Source: Planctomycetota bacterium
GTDB taxonomy: Bacteria > Planctomycetota > SZUA-567 > H5-PLA8
NCBI GenBank assembly: GCA_045863855.1
Contig: BTVV01000056.1
Location: forward strand, 1-37,602
Length of the DNA: 37,602 bases
Direction of reading: 5' to 3'
Shown: one piece after another, positions 1 through 8,253 of the stretch
Position numbering within the stretch: position 1 is the stretch's first letter
Layout of the letters: every line of letters begins with the position of its first letter
Position numbers and translations under genes: made by a program
The notes under the pieces: generated by a model
The model's input: only the letters and a program-made list of their open reading frames with translations
What the model was told of the DNA's origin: nothing
The model's database searches: none

Positions 1-403
1 CCGCCACGTAGGTAAAGCTCACGAAAATGGCGCAGAAGACCGCCACCAGCCGGGCCGTGTTGGAGTAATAGCGGTCGCCGACGAAGTCGGGCACCGTGAA
101 CTTGCCGAATTTACGCAGGTACGGCGCCAGTAAAAGCGCCAGGAGTACGTAGCCGCCCGTCCAGCCCATCAGGTACACGCAACCGTCGTAGCCCATGAAC
201 GAGATCAGGCCGGCCATCGAGATGAACGACGCGGCGCTCATCCAGTCCGCGCCCGTCGCCATGCCGTTAAAGATCGCCGGCACATTATGTCCGGCGACAT
301 AAAACCCGCCGGTCGTGCGTGCGCGCGTCACCACCGCGATCCAGATGTACATGGCGAAAGTCAGACCGACGATTATGAACGTCCAGAGTTTGGTCGGGTC
401 CAT
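1..403 (-). CDS. actP: Sodium:solute symporter, cation/acetate symporter ActP-like (N-terminal part; runs off the window edge)
   Basis: Manual translation from ATG at 403: [38 protein letters not shown]...[20 protein letters not shown]...[35 protein letters not shown], typical of the ActP/SSS family. The start overlaps the stop of the upstream gene (TGATG). Confidence 0.9.
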   Translation of the reverse strand, partial: MDPTKLWTFIIVGLTFAMYIWIAVVTRARTTGGFYVAGHNVPAIFNGMATGADWMSAASFISMAGLISFMGYDGCVYLMGWTGGYVLLALLLAPYLRKFGKFTVPDFVGDRYYSNTARLVAVFCAIFVSFTYVA

Positions 404-720
404 CACGCATCCTTTTCCACGTCGTCCGCCTGGGCGCCTTCTTCCACGTGGAACTGCCGGTCCTCGCGGTCCATCAGAAGCGCGTAAATCAGAATCAGCA
501 CAATGAAGACATAAATCGAGCCTTGCTGCGCGAACCAGAAGCCCAGCGGGAAGCCCATGAATTGAATCGTATTCAAGCGTTCGACGAAGAAGATGCCCAG
601 TCCGCACGAGACCGCAAACCAGATCGTCAGCAGTACCGCGAGGATGCGCAGGTTGGTGCCCCAGTAGCGCCGGTGTTCTTCGCGAATCGCGGCCTGTTCG
701 GCGTTTTCGGATGTGGCCAT
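403..720 (-). CDS. DUF4212-family small membrane protein (symporter partner)
   Basis: [17 protein letters not shown]...[17 protein letters not shown] signature, two TM helices, translationally coupled to the symporter. ATG at 720 follows GAGGG. Confidence 0.9.
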   Translation of the reverse strand: MATSENAEQAAIREEHRRYWGTNLRILAVLLTIWFAVSCGLGIFFVERLNTIQFMGFPLGFWFAQQGSIYVFIVLILIYALLMDREDRQFHVEEGAQADDVEKDA

Positions 721-858
721 AACGGACCCTCGTTCGAGCCGGCGTGCGCCGGTTCGTGGGAAATCACGGTTCGAGTGCAACCAAGGTGGATAGGGGACTC
801 GGGAAGCGGCTCCCTGTCAAGGAAAGGACGGCCGCGCACCGCACCTTCAGACTTCGTC

Positions 859-1764
859 TTAGGATTGCTTTTCGCGCCAGCTCCGTGGCGAGCAGCCTTT
901 GCGCTTGAGGAACTGCCGGTTGAAGGAAGAAAGTGTCTGAAAGCCCGCGTCGGCGGCGATCTGCGTCACCGGTTTCTTGGTGCCGGCCAGCAGGCAAGCG
1001 GCCATGGCCACGCGGTACCCCAACACGTAATCGCGCGGACTGGCGCCCAACTGCGATGCGAAGACGCGCCGGAAGTGACTGCCGCTCATGAAGCACGCCC
1101 GCGCCAGTCGGCTTAGCGACAACGGCTTGGCGTACTCCCGCGCGATGAGGTTTAACGCCGGCTCGATCGAACGCATCCGTTCCAGGGAACGGTTTGGCGG
1201 CGCACCCGCGAGGACTTTGGGCAAGGGCTCTTGTCCGCGCGTGCGCCGGTCCAATTCCACCAGAATGCGAAGCGCCAGCGCATGGATCGCATCGCGAAAG
1301 TGTGGCCCGCGCTCGCGGAACTCGCCGATCATTTCGCGGACGGCGGCGCAAAGCCGGGGGGAATCCTCAGGCCTAAAGCGATTCTCGAAATGCGCTCCGC
1401 AGCAACGGCTCAGATCGATCAGTCCGGGATTGGCCGCCGCGCCCAGCAGGCGCAGCGGATCGAGAAAGACGAACGTCCATTCGCTCGTCGAACCCGCCGT
1501 CGGATACGCGTAATGCGCTTCCAGGCTGCTGATCACGTACACGTCGTCCTGCCGGAACGTATAGGCCTTGTCTTCGACCATGAACATCCCTGTGCCCGAA
1601 CGGCACCAGCCGACCTCGAGGACTTCGTGGACGTGGAACGGACCGGGGCCGCGGGGCCGGTGCGTATAATCGACGACATGCAAAGGGAAGGCAGGGTCCA
1701 AGTTCCACGGTTCGAAATGGACGCGCCGCTCGGATGAGCGTTTCTGCATACTATTGGAGCGCAT
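859..1764 (-). CDS. AraC-family transcriptional regulator with N-terminal cupin domain
   Basis: HVHEVLEV cupin motif and C-terminal double HTH (LARACFMSGSHFRRVF...IAADAGFQTLSSFNRQFLKRKGCSP). Confidence 0.93.
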   Translation of the reverse strand: MRSNSMQKRSSERRVHFEPWNLDPAFPLHVVDYTHRPRGPGPFHVHEVLEVGWCRSGTGMFMVEDKAYTFRQDDVYVISSLEAHYAYPTAGSTSEWTFVFLDPLRLLGAAANPGLIDLSRCCGAHFENRFRPEDSPRLCAAVREMIGEFRERGPHFRDAIHALALRILVELDRRTRGQEPLPKVLAGAPPNRSLERMRSIEPALNLIAREYAKPLSLSRLARACFMSGSHFRRVFASQLGASPRDYVLGYRVAMAACLLAGTKKPVTQIAADAGFQTLSSFNRQFLKRKGCSPRSWREKQS

Positions 1765-1876
1765 CGGCGTAGCTCCCAGGGGTATGTGTGGAATATACTA
1801 TGCAAAATCGATCGGGTCCATGGGCCTTCCGCCCCAGCCGATGCCGACGACCGTCCTACTTGCGAGGAACTACCCC

Positions 1877-2626
1877 ATGCGCGGACCACGCGAGTGCATT
1901 TTGGAACAAGGCTTTGCGGTCTTGGAGCGCGTGTACGACGAAAGCGATTGCCGCGAAATTCAGGCGATCTTTCAGGATGCCTGGCAGCGAGCGGGGCGGC
2001 CTAATACGAGCGGCCGGTTCGGGTTCGTCATGCATCCGGTCCTGAAGTATGCCCCCGAACTCGCGCGCTTCTACGCCCGCGCCCAAGTCGTCGAAGCGCT
2101 GCGCGAAGTCCTGGGCGACGCGCCGCGCTTGGCGCACTCCGGCGGCCTGATGAGCGACGGCGCGCGGCCATTCACCGACTGGCATTACCACCGCTCGGAC
2201 ATCGGCCGACCCGAAGCCTGGGATCCGAACCGCACCGACCGTCCTGCGGGCATCGAGCGCGTTCTGGCAAACAGCTACATCGACGGCTCGAACGACGAGC
2301 GCGGACCGCTGCTGCTTTATCCCCGGCGCGTCGACGATGTGCTGGCGCCGCCCCACACGCACCGAACCGGCGACTGGCCGGGGCAGGTGGTCGTCTACTG
2401 CCCGCCGGGGTCGGTCGTGATCTTCGAACAGAGCGTATGGCACGCCGCGCGGCCGGCGCGCGCGGCGGGCTTTCGGCACCTCTTTGGCGGGCATTACCAG
2501 GGTTGGAACAATCCCGCACCACACCGCGAAGACAACGGCTTCGACGGCGCAGCGCTGCAAGGCTACAAGGAAGCGCTGCCCCTGTTTCGCGGACTGGTGG
2601 AACGGGCCGAATGTGCGGTGAGTTGA
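1877..2626 (+). CDS. Phytanoyl-CoA dioxygenase (PhyH)-like Fe(II)/2OG enzyme
   Basis: EQGFAVLERV N-terminus, WH motif, GPL, PPGSVVIFEQSVWHA and a downstream Arg. ATG at 1877 follows GAGGA. Divergent from the AraC gene. Confidence 0.75.
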   Translation: MRGPRECILEQGFAVLERVYDESDCREIQAIFQDAWQRAGRPNTSGRFGFVMHPVLKYAPELARFYARAQVVEALREVLGDAPRLAHSGGLMSDGARPFTDWHYHRSDIGRPEAWDPNRTDRPAGIERVLANSYIDGSNDERGPLLLYPRRVDDVLAPPHTHRTGDWPGQVVVYCPPGSVVIFEQSVWHAARPARAAGFRHLFGGHYQGWNNPAPHREDNGFDGAALQGYKEALPLFRGLVERAECAVS

Positions 2627-2661
2627 ATCGGAATCGATTTGCGGCGCACGGCCACCCGCGA

Positions 2662-3591
2662 TCAGCTCAGGCCCAGCAGCCGGCTGATCTTGCGCCGGCT
2701 GCTCACCGGTACAGTCTCATGCGAGAATATCCGCGAGCCGGTCACGATCGGCGGCTTCGCCTCGACGTTCAGCTTGCGCAGGTCCATCAGCAGCGCTTCC
2801 GGGGTGGCGTAGCGGTGGGCGGGATCCTTCGCCAGCATCTTCGAAAGAATCATGCTGAACGGGAGGCTCAAGCGCGCATTGCGCTGCACCGGCGGTTCCA
2901 GCGGCGTCTGCAGGTGCGCCCACATCACTGCCTTGTCGTTCTCGCCATCGAAGGGCGGAGCACCGGTCGCCGCGTAGTACATTGTCGCGCCCAGCGAATA
3001 CTGATCCGATCGCGAGTCGATCTTCACGCCGCGCCCGCCCCGGCATTGCTCCGGCGACATGTACAACGCCGTCCCCGCCGCGAGCCCTTCCCAATCCATT
3101 CCATCGCGCTGCCGGGCAAACCCTAAGTCCACCAGCCGGCAGTTCCCGCCCGGCTCCACGATGATGTTCGAGGGCTTCAAGTCCTGATGCACGATCTCTT
3201 TGCGGGCCAGTTCCCGCAACGCCTGCGTCATCTGCCGGAGAATCCAGACGCACGCGCCTTCCGATTGCGCGCCGCTTTGCAGCAGGTTCTGCAGCGTATG
3301 TCCCTGCACGTATTCGAAAATGATGAACGGGCGTCCTTCGTATTTGCCCGTGCGCAGCGCGCGAACGATATGCGGATGATCCAGCGTCGCGCAGGCGCGC
3401 GCTTCGTCCACGAAGAGCGCCAACATCGATGCGTCCGAAAGGTAATGCTCGGCCAGGAACTTCACTGCCACCGGATGATTCGACTGCCCGTCGAAGGCGT
3501 AATGCACCGTACCCGTCGTCCCCTTGCCGAGACGCCGGCCGATGACATACGGTCCGAGTTGGACGCCTTCCAGTGTGCCCACGCCGCCCAC
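2662..3591 (-). CDS. Ser/Thr protein kinase (Hanks type, catalytic domain only)
   Basis: GKGTTGTV, VAVK, HQDLKPSN, DLG, GTALYMSPE and SDQYSLG motifs. No TM segment. Confidence 0.92.
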   Translation of the reverse strand: MGGVGTLEGVQLGPYVIGRRLGKGTTGTVHYAFDGQSNHPVAVKFLAEHYLSDASMLALFVDEARACATLDHPHIVRALRTGKYEGRPFIIFEYVQGHTLQNLLQSGAQSEGACVWILRQMTQALRELARKEIVHQDLKPSNIIVEPGGNCRLVDLGFARQRDGMDWEGLAAGTALYMSPEQCRGGRGVKIDSRSDQYSLGATMYYAATGAPPFDGENDKAVMWAHLQTPLEPPVQRNARLSLPFSMILSKMLAKDPAHRYATPEALLMDLRKLNVEAKPPIVTGSRIFSHETVPVSSRRKISRLLGLS

Positions 3592-3616
3592 CTTATATGA
3601 AGCGAACCTATAACCC

Positions 3617-3646
3617 AGTATACACCCTAATCTTGCACCAGTGCAA
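3617..3646 (-). promoter_or_regulatory. Candidate sigma70 promoter of the kinase gene
   Basis: Minus strand reads TTGCAC-18 nt-TATACT. The -35 is one arm of the palindrome TTGCAC-CA-GTGCAA (3633-3646). Confidence 0.45.
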
Positions 3647-3773
3647 AAAGAGTACCCACTTTTTCGGTTTTAATCAGGTTAAGGCCTAAGCGTTTATATA
3701 AGAATGAGTTACGGGATAGAATAGGCGCTTAAAGCGCCCCAGGAACGAAGCGGGGGTGTGCGCTTTTGATACG

Positions 3774-4604
3774 CTACTTGCCCGCAAAAACGACGCTCAG
3801 TTGTGCCTTTTGACCAGCGGTCGCTTCAAAGGTTTGGGTCTGCTGTCCCAGCTTCTCATGCCAGAACGTGAGCGTGTACGACCCAGGCACCAAGCCGCCA
3901 ATCTCGAAACTTCCGTCGGCCTTCGTTACCGCGAACCACGGGTGCTCGAAGACCGCAGCATAGCATTGCATCCACGGATGCACATCGCAGCGAATCGGGA
4001 CCGGCAACTCGGCCGTATCGAATGACTTTTCATCCACTTGGCCTTGCTTGGCCTGCGTGAAGTTAAAATCGGCATTCTTTTTAGGCCAAGCATGGATGCT
4101 GTGTACCGTCGCGTCGCTGTTCGTGATCTTGATGGGTTGATCGACCATCACGCCGAAGACGTGCGGCTCGTATCGGCAGTCGATCTGGTTTAACGCCACC
4201 GCTTCCTTGGAGGGCTCGAACACGTAGCGCTCCGCGCCTTGGCTTACGAAAACAAGCACGTTGGCCAGTTCCCCGCTCGCACCCACCACCAAGCGTTCTT
4301 CGTTCAACTTCTTGTCGCCATGAATCTTCGCACAATCCTGGTGAGCGCTTGTGTCGATCGGCTTCGACCATTCGGGGTCGCCTTTACCAGTAAAGGTGAT
4401 CTTGCCGGCCACCGAGGCGGTGGCTTGGTCCTTAGGGTAGGGGACGGGCTTCGCGGCTTCGGACGGTTTGGAGGCGGCCGACTGCTGCGGAGCCGGAGCG
4501 GACGACGCCGGCTTGGTGGCTCCGGTCGGCGGAAGCGATTTATCCGAGCCGCCGCAACCGGCCAAAAGGATCAGCACCATCGGGACCACGATCGTTCTAT
4601 TCAC
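3774..4604 (-). CDS. Lipoprotein with cupredoxin-like domain and carboxypeptidase-regulatory-like beta-sandwich
   Basis: Lipobox LLAG|C, HSIH and CDVHPWM (type-1 Cu-like His...Cys-x2-His-x2-Met), and a C-terminal TKADGSFEIGGLVPGSYTLTFWH. Confidence 0.78.
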   Translation of the reverse strand: MNRTIVVPMVLILLAGCGGSDKSLPPTGATKPASSAPAPQQSAASKPSEAAKPVPYPKDQATASVAGKITFTGKGDPEWSKPIDTSAHQDCAKIHGDKKLNEERLVVGASGELANVLVFVSQGAERYVFEPSKEAVALNQIDCRYEPHVFGVMVDQPIKITNSDATVHSIHAWPKKNADFNFTQAKQGQVDEKSFDTAELPVPIRCDVHPWMQCYAAVFEHPWFAVTKADGSFEIGGLVPGSYTLTFWHEKLGQQTQTFEATAGQKAQLSVVFAGK

Positions 4605-4653
4605 GCAAGTATTCCTATCTTTGGGATGCAGGCCGCTTGCCGCTTGAGTGCGA

Positions 4654-5796
4654 TTACTTAGCGGACGCGGCCGGGGGCAGATCGGGAATCACATTGATGC
4701 GGGGATCGCGTTTGTCGCCCGTGAGCGTATGCAGGAATGCTTCGAGATCCTGCTTCTCCTGTTCCGTGAGCGTTAAGTCGAGCATCAACGCCGAAAGATT
4801 CGGATGCTTTTCCTTCTCTTTAGGAATCCGCTCGTAGTGTTCGATGGTCTCGCGCAGCGTTTTCTGGGAACCGTCGTGCATATAGGGCCCCGTCAACGCG
4901 ATGTTGCGCAACGTAGGCGTCCGGAACGCCTTGAGGTCTTCATCTTTCTTGGTGATCTCGAACCGTCCGCGGTCCGCGTCGCCCACGCCGATATTGTGGA
5001 ATTTGTCGTCCGAGAAGTTCGGTCCATTGTGGCAAGAAGTGCACTTACCCTTTCCGGTGAAGATATCCAAGCCGCGCTTGGCCGATTCACCGATGGCGTT
5101 CTCGTCCCCGCGCACGTACCGATCGAACGGACTGTCCTGGTCCACCACGATCCGCTCGAACGCGGCAATGGCCTTGGCCACGCTCTCGAAATTCGCTTCC
5201 CCGTAAATCTTCGTCAGCATCTCCTTGTACTTTGGGATCGAGTTCACCACCGCGGTGACCTTCTCGGCCGTGCTGTTCATTTCCTTCGCGGCGGTCATTG
5301 GGCCCTTGGCCTGCATTTCCAGCGTCGGCTCTCGGCCGTCCCAGAACTGAGACTTGTAGTACGCCGCATTCAGCACCGTCGGGCTGCTGCGTGGAAGTTC
5401 GCCGTGCTGAAACCCGATCCCCTTGGCTAATCCGTCCGACCAGCCCAGGCCCGGATTGTGGCAGCTCGCGCAGGAGAGCGCGCCGTTCCCCGAAAGACGC
5501 GGATCGAAGTACAGCATCCGGCCCAGTTCGATCTTCTCGTCCGTCGTCGGGTTGTCGGCTGGCGCCTTGACCGGACGCAACGGTCCGATGAAGCCCGGAA
5601 GCTCTTTCCACTTGCTCTCGTCGGCCTCCGCCGGTTTTTCGGCGGAAGCGGGCTTCGCAACCTGCTGCTCAGATGCCAAGGGAGGAGTGGTACGCGACGT
5701 GGACGCTTCCGGTGAGGGCTTTTTTGAGGAAAAGGCAAAAGCGCCTATGGCAATGCCCACGAGTAATCCGGCTAACATTAAAACGGCGCCTTTCAT
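4654..5796 (-). CDS. Di-heme cytochrome c peroxidase / MauG-family protein
   Basis: Two CxxCH motifs (CASCH, CTSCH), LGRMLYFDPRLS, QFWDGR, FRTPTLRNIALTGPYMHDGS and an N-terminal signal/anchor. ATG at 5796 follows GGAGGG. Confidence 0.92.
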   Translation of the reverse strand: MKGAVLMLAGLLVGIAIGAFAFSSKKPSPEASTSRTTPPLASEQQVAKPASAEKPAEADESKWKELPGFIGPLRPVKAPADNPTTDEKIELGRMLYFDPRLSGNGALSCASCHNPGLGWSDGLAKGIGFQHGELPRSSPTVLNAAYYKSQFWDGREPTLEMQAKGPMTAAKEMNSTAEKVTAVVNSIPKYKEMLTKIYGEANFESVAKAIAAFERIVVDQDSPFDRYVRGDENAIGESAKRGLDIFTGKGKCTSCHNGPNFSDDKFHNIGVGDADRGRFEITKKDEDLKAFRTPTLRNIALTGPYMHDGSQKTLRETIEHYERIPKEKEKHPNLSALMLDLTLTEQEKQDLEAFLHTLTGDKRDPRINVIPDLPPAASAK

Positions 5797-5837
5797 GACC
5801 ACCCTCCAATGAGCCGTATGGCAAGTATGGATCTAAT

Positions 5838-5864
5838 TAGTAATCATTCTTATTTGATTGTCAA
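5838..5864 (-). promoter_or_regulatory. Fur/PerR-like 7-1-7 box overlapping a promoter with a perfect -35
   Basis: TAGTAAT-C-ATTCTTA at 5838-5852 matches TGATAAT-N-ATTATCA at 10/14 positions. Minus-strand TTGACA lies at 5864-5859. The site is an AT-rich patch between the Fur-family gene and the peroxidase. Confidence 0.65.
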
Positions 5865-5877
5865 CGCGTAAGTGGAT

Positions 5878-6357
5878 TTAGCGGTGTTTTTTTCGCGGGG
5901 ATTTCAGGCACGCGGTGCACGTCCCGCGCAGTTCGACATGGCAAGAAGCCGCTACGCCCAGCGCTCGGACCGACCTTCGGCCCGTCAGGCCGTCTAACTC
6001 GGGATCGCATAAGTCGTGCGTCGTGCCGCAGATCGTGCACTCGAAATGGTGGTGCGGAACGGAGTTCGCGTCGAAGCGCACGCGCTCGCTGGGCGTGCCC
6101 AGCGTCGCGATCAGACCCAGGTCTTTCAGGGTCCACAAGGTCCGGTATACCGTGTCCAGCGAGATGGCCGGAAGCCGCCGACGCACGCGGCGGTAAATCT
6201 CGTCCGTGTCCGGATGCCCGTCCGCACGGGCCACCGCGCGAAAGACTTCCGCCCGCTGATGCGTCAGCTTCAGGCCTGCCTGACGGCACGCTGCATCGAA
6301 GCGTTGCAGCCGCGCCGCCAACTCCTGGGCATCCACCTTGCGTTGCGTTGTCTTCAT
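5878..6357 (-). CDS. Fur-family transcriptional repressor (PerR-like)
   Basis: GLKLTHQR, HPDTDEIY, ISLDTVYRTL, RFDANSVPHHHFECTICG and GTCTAC (two CxxC). ATG at 6357 follows GGAG. Confidence 0.92.
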   Translation of the reverse strand: MKTTQRKVDAQELAARLQRFDAACRQAGLKLTHQRAEVFRAVARADGHPDTDEIYRRVRRRLPAISLDTVYRTLWTLKDLGLIATLGTPSERVRFDANSVPHHHFECTICGTTHDLCDPELDGLTGRRSVRALGVAASCHVELRGTCTACLKSPRKKHR

Positions 6358-6541
6358 GCGCGCACTCCGCGACACCCTTTCATAACCTTATCACAAATGA
6401 GGAGCGCGCGGTATGACCGGGACAATGGCGAGGTCTGCCGAGGAGGCGTGGGCGTTAGGAGAAGACCGCGGCGCCGGACGACCTCACGTCACCGAGAGGG
6501 TGTCCGACGCCGCGGCGTCGACCGCAACGGGGTTGCGGGGA

Positions 6542-7144
6542 CTACCGGTGTCCCTGGAGCGCCCCTTCGAGGCGTTCGACACCGACCCGCAGCCGTTGGG
6601 TCATAGCGAGCGCGCCATTGCGTACGGCGGCAGAGACGCGATCGCGGGTTATTTCCCACGCGGGGACGCTTTGCGGCGTCAGGATGCGGTCGAGGCCGTG
6701 GACGATGCCGTTGGCGGCCTTGAGATCGGGGGCGGCGAAGTGCGCGCCGTCGACGCGAACGCCTTCGATCCGCAGCGCCGCTCCGCGGATGGGCGCGACG
6801 AGCGGAATGGCTTTTAGCGCCTGCGTATCGAAATAGCCCCAGACGATGTGCCGGCTGATGACCTCGCGCAGGGCCTGCGCGTCGCAGAGCAGGCCGGCCA
6901 GGTTGGGGAAACGCTGGAAGGCCCGGTCGGTGGGCGCGAAGACGGTGTAAGGTCCGGCTTCTCGCAGGCGGGTCTCGAGTTCGGTTTCGCGCAGGGCGAT
7001 CTCGAAGAGCCGGAAACGTCCGCTTGCGCGGATTACTTCGACCAAATTTCCGGCGCGGGTGGCCGATTCGGAGGGGCTCCATCCGCTCTTGGCCGGGCGG
7101 CCGTCGCAGAGATTGAGGATCTCGTGCAGCATCATGCGGCTCAT
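6542..7144 (-). CDS. Fasciclin (FAS1) domain protein, no evident signal peptide
   Basis: GPYTVFAPTDRAF (H1) and ANGIVHGLDRIL (H2) motifs. RBS AGGAG. Confidence 0.88.
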   Translation of the reverse strand: MSRMMLHEILNLCDGRPAKSGWSPSESATRAGNLVEVIRASGRFRLFEIALRETELETRLREAGPYTVFAPTDRAFQRFPNLAGLLCDAQALREVISRHIVWGYFDTQALKAIPLVAPIRGAALRIEGVRVDGAHFAAPDLKAANGIVHGLDRILTPQSVPAWEITRDRVSAAVRNGALAMTQRLRVGVERLEGALQGHR

Positions 7145-7194
7145 GGTCGTTCTCCTGTGTTGCGGGGCGTCCGTAACTTGGATTCGAATCGGAT

Positions 7195-7230
7195 GCTCCG
7201 GACCGCGTAGTGGGCGACGCGGTCCGGAGC
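7195..7230. repeat. 14-bp perfect inverted repeat between the two fasciclin genes
   Basis: GCTCCGGACCGCGT-8 nt-ACGCGGTCCGGAGC, with no U-tract. Confidence 0.8.
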
Positions 7231-7277
7231 CGTCCGGCCACCACTCCGGGGGGTGGGTGGCGGGCTTTCAAGGTGCG

Positions 7278-7949
7278 TTATTCGGCGGGCTGTTCCACCG
7301 GAGCGGTCTTCTCGTTTGCGGCCGGTGCTTTCTTCTCCTGTTCGTCGGTTTTGAAGGCGTTCTTGACGTCCTCGACGCCCTTCTTGATGCCGCGTTCGAT
7401 GGCGGCGCCGGCTTCGCGGAGCATGGAGTCGTTGTTCTTCATCATCACGTGGTCGATGCCGTGGACTATCCCGTTGCTGGCTTTCCCGTCGGGGGCCAGG
7501 ATCTTGGCGTCGTTGATCTCGATGGGCTTCCCATCCTTACCGCCGCTGACTTCCAACTCTTCGCCTTGCTTGGGGGTGAGCCTGCGCAGATCGCGCAGCG
7601 CCTTGGTTTCGAGCGCGAGCCCGTCGAGCAGGTGGCGGTTGAGCACGGCCTGAAGGCGCGGCGCGTCGTCCAGCAGTTTGCTCAGATCGGGGACGCGTTC
7701 GAAGGCCTCGTCGCGGGGCGCAAAGAAGGTGTAGCGCCCTTTGCCGGCGAGCGTCTTTTCCAGTTCGGTGCCGTTAAGCGCGGCGAGAAGAATTTTGTAG
7801 TGCCCGTCCTTCTGGAGCATTTCCAGCATGGACCGGTCGGGCTGTGCGGCGGGTTCGGCGGGCGGTTGGGCCTGCCCTTCCTGTGCGCGCATGGTCCAGA
7901 TGCCGCCGGCGACGAGGAGCACGGTTAAGACGACGATGGCGATCTTCAT
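7278..7949 (-). CDS. Secreted fasciclin (FAS1) domain protein
   Basis: Signal peptide MKIAIVVLTVLLVAGGIWTMRA, YTFFAPRDEAF and ASNGIVHGIDHV motifs. RBS GGAGG. Confidence 0.92.
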   Translation of the reverse strand: MKIAIVVLTVLLVAGGIWTMRAQEGQAQPPAEPAAQPDRSMLEMLQKDGHYKILLAALNGTELEKTLAGKGRYTFFAPRDEAFERVPDLSKLLDDAPRLQAVLNRHLLDGLALETKALRDLRRLTPKQGEELEVSGGKDGKPIEINDAKILAPDGKASNGIVHGIDHVMMKNNDSMLREAGAAIERGIKKGVEDVKNAFKTDEQEKKAPAANEKTAPVEQPAE

Positions 7950-8111
7950 GTCGAGTCCTCCGTTCGAGTTTTAAAAAGTCGAAGGCGCGCGCTTGGCCGA
8001 CTGGATACATCCAGCGCCTGGCTTGGCATAATCGCCACGCTCCGCGCGCCTTCGCCATGCCGTTCGGATACGAACTATTACGGCGTTGGCGATACAGGCG
8101 GTAGTGCATCA

Positions 8112-8127
8112 AGCGAGTGCGGTGCCA
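8112..8127 (-). promoter_or_regulatory. Candidate sigma54 (-24/-12) promoter of the fasciclin genes
   Basis: Minus strand TGGCACCGCACTCGCT has exact GG-N10-GC spacing with TGGCAC, and is intergenic about 160 nt upstream of the start at 7949. Confidence 0.55.
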
Positions 8128-8253
8128 ACCGGTCGTTTCGCGGCGATCAAACCGCAATGGAATGAAGCGCAAGGAGATGCGTGAACGGTGAAGAACGGGG
8201 GAAGCGGTACGGAAATTCGTCCGGCGTCCGATATTCGGAGGGGCCGACGAGTT

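Noticed and set aside
721..858. Riboswitch or promoter upstream of the DUF4212/actP pair (hairpin near 735-756, TTGACA at 820-815)
   Set aside because: There is no -10 at a usable spacing and no recognisable aptamer. A single GC hairpin is weak evidence in GC-rich DNA.
6505..6538. Two adjacent hairpins after the fasciclin stop as an intrinsic terminator
   Set aside because: The stems are short and GC-only with no U-tract, so a terminator call cannot be supported.
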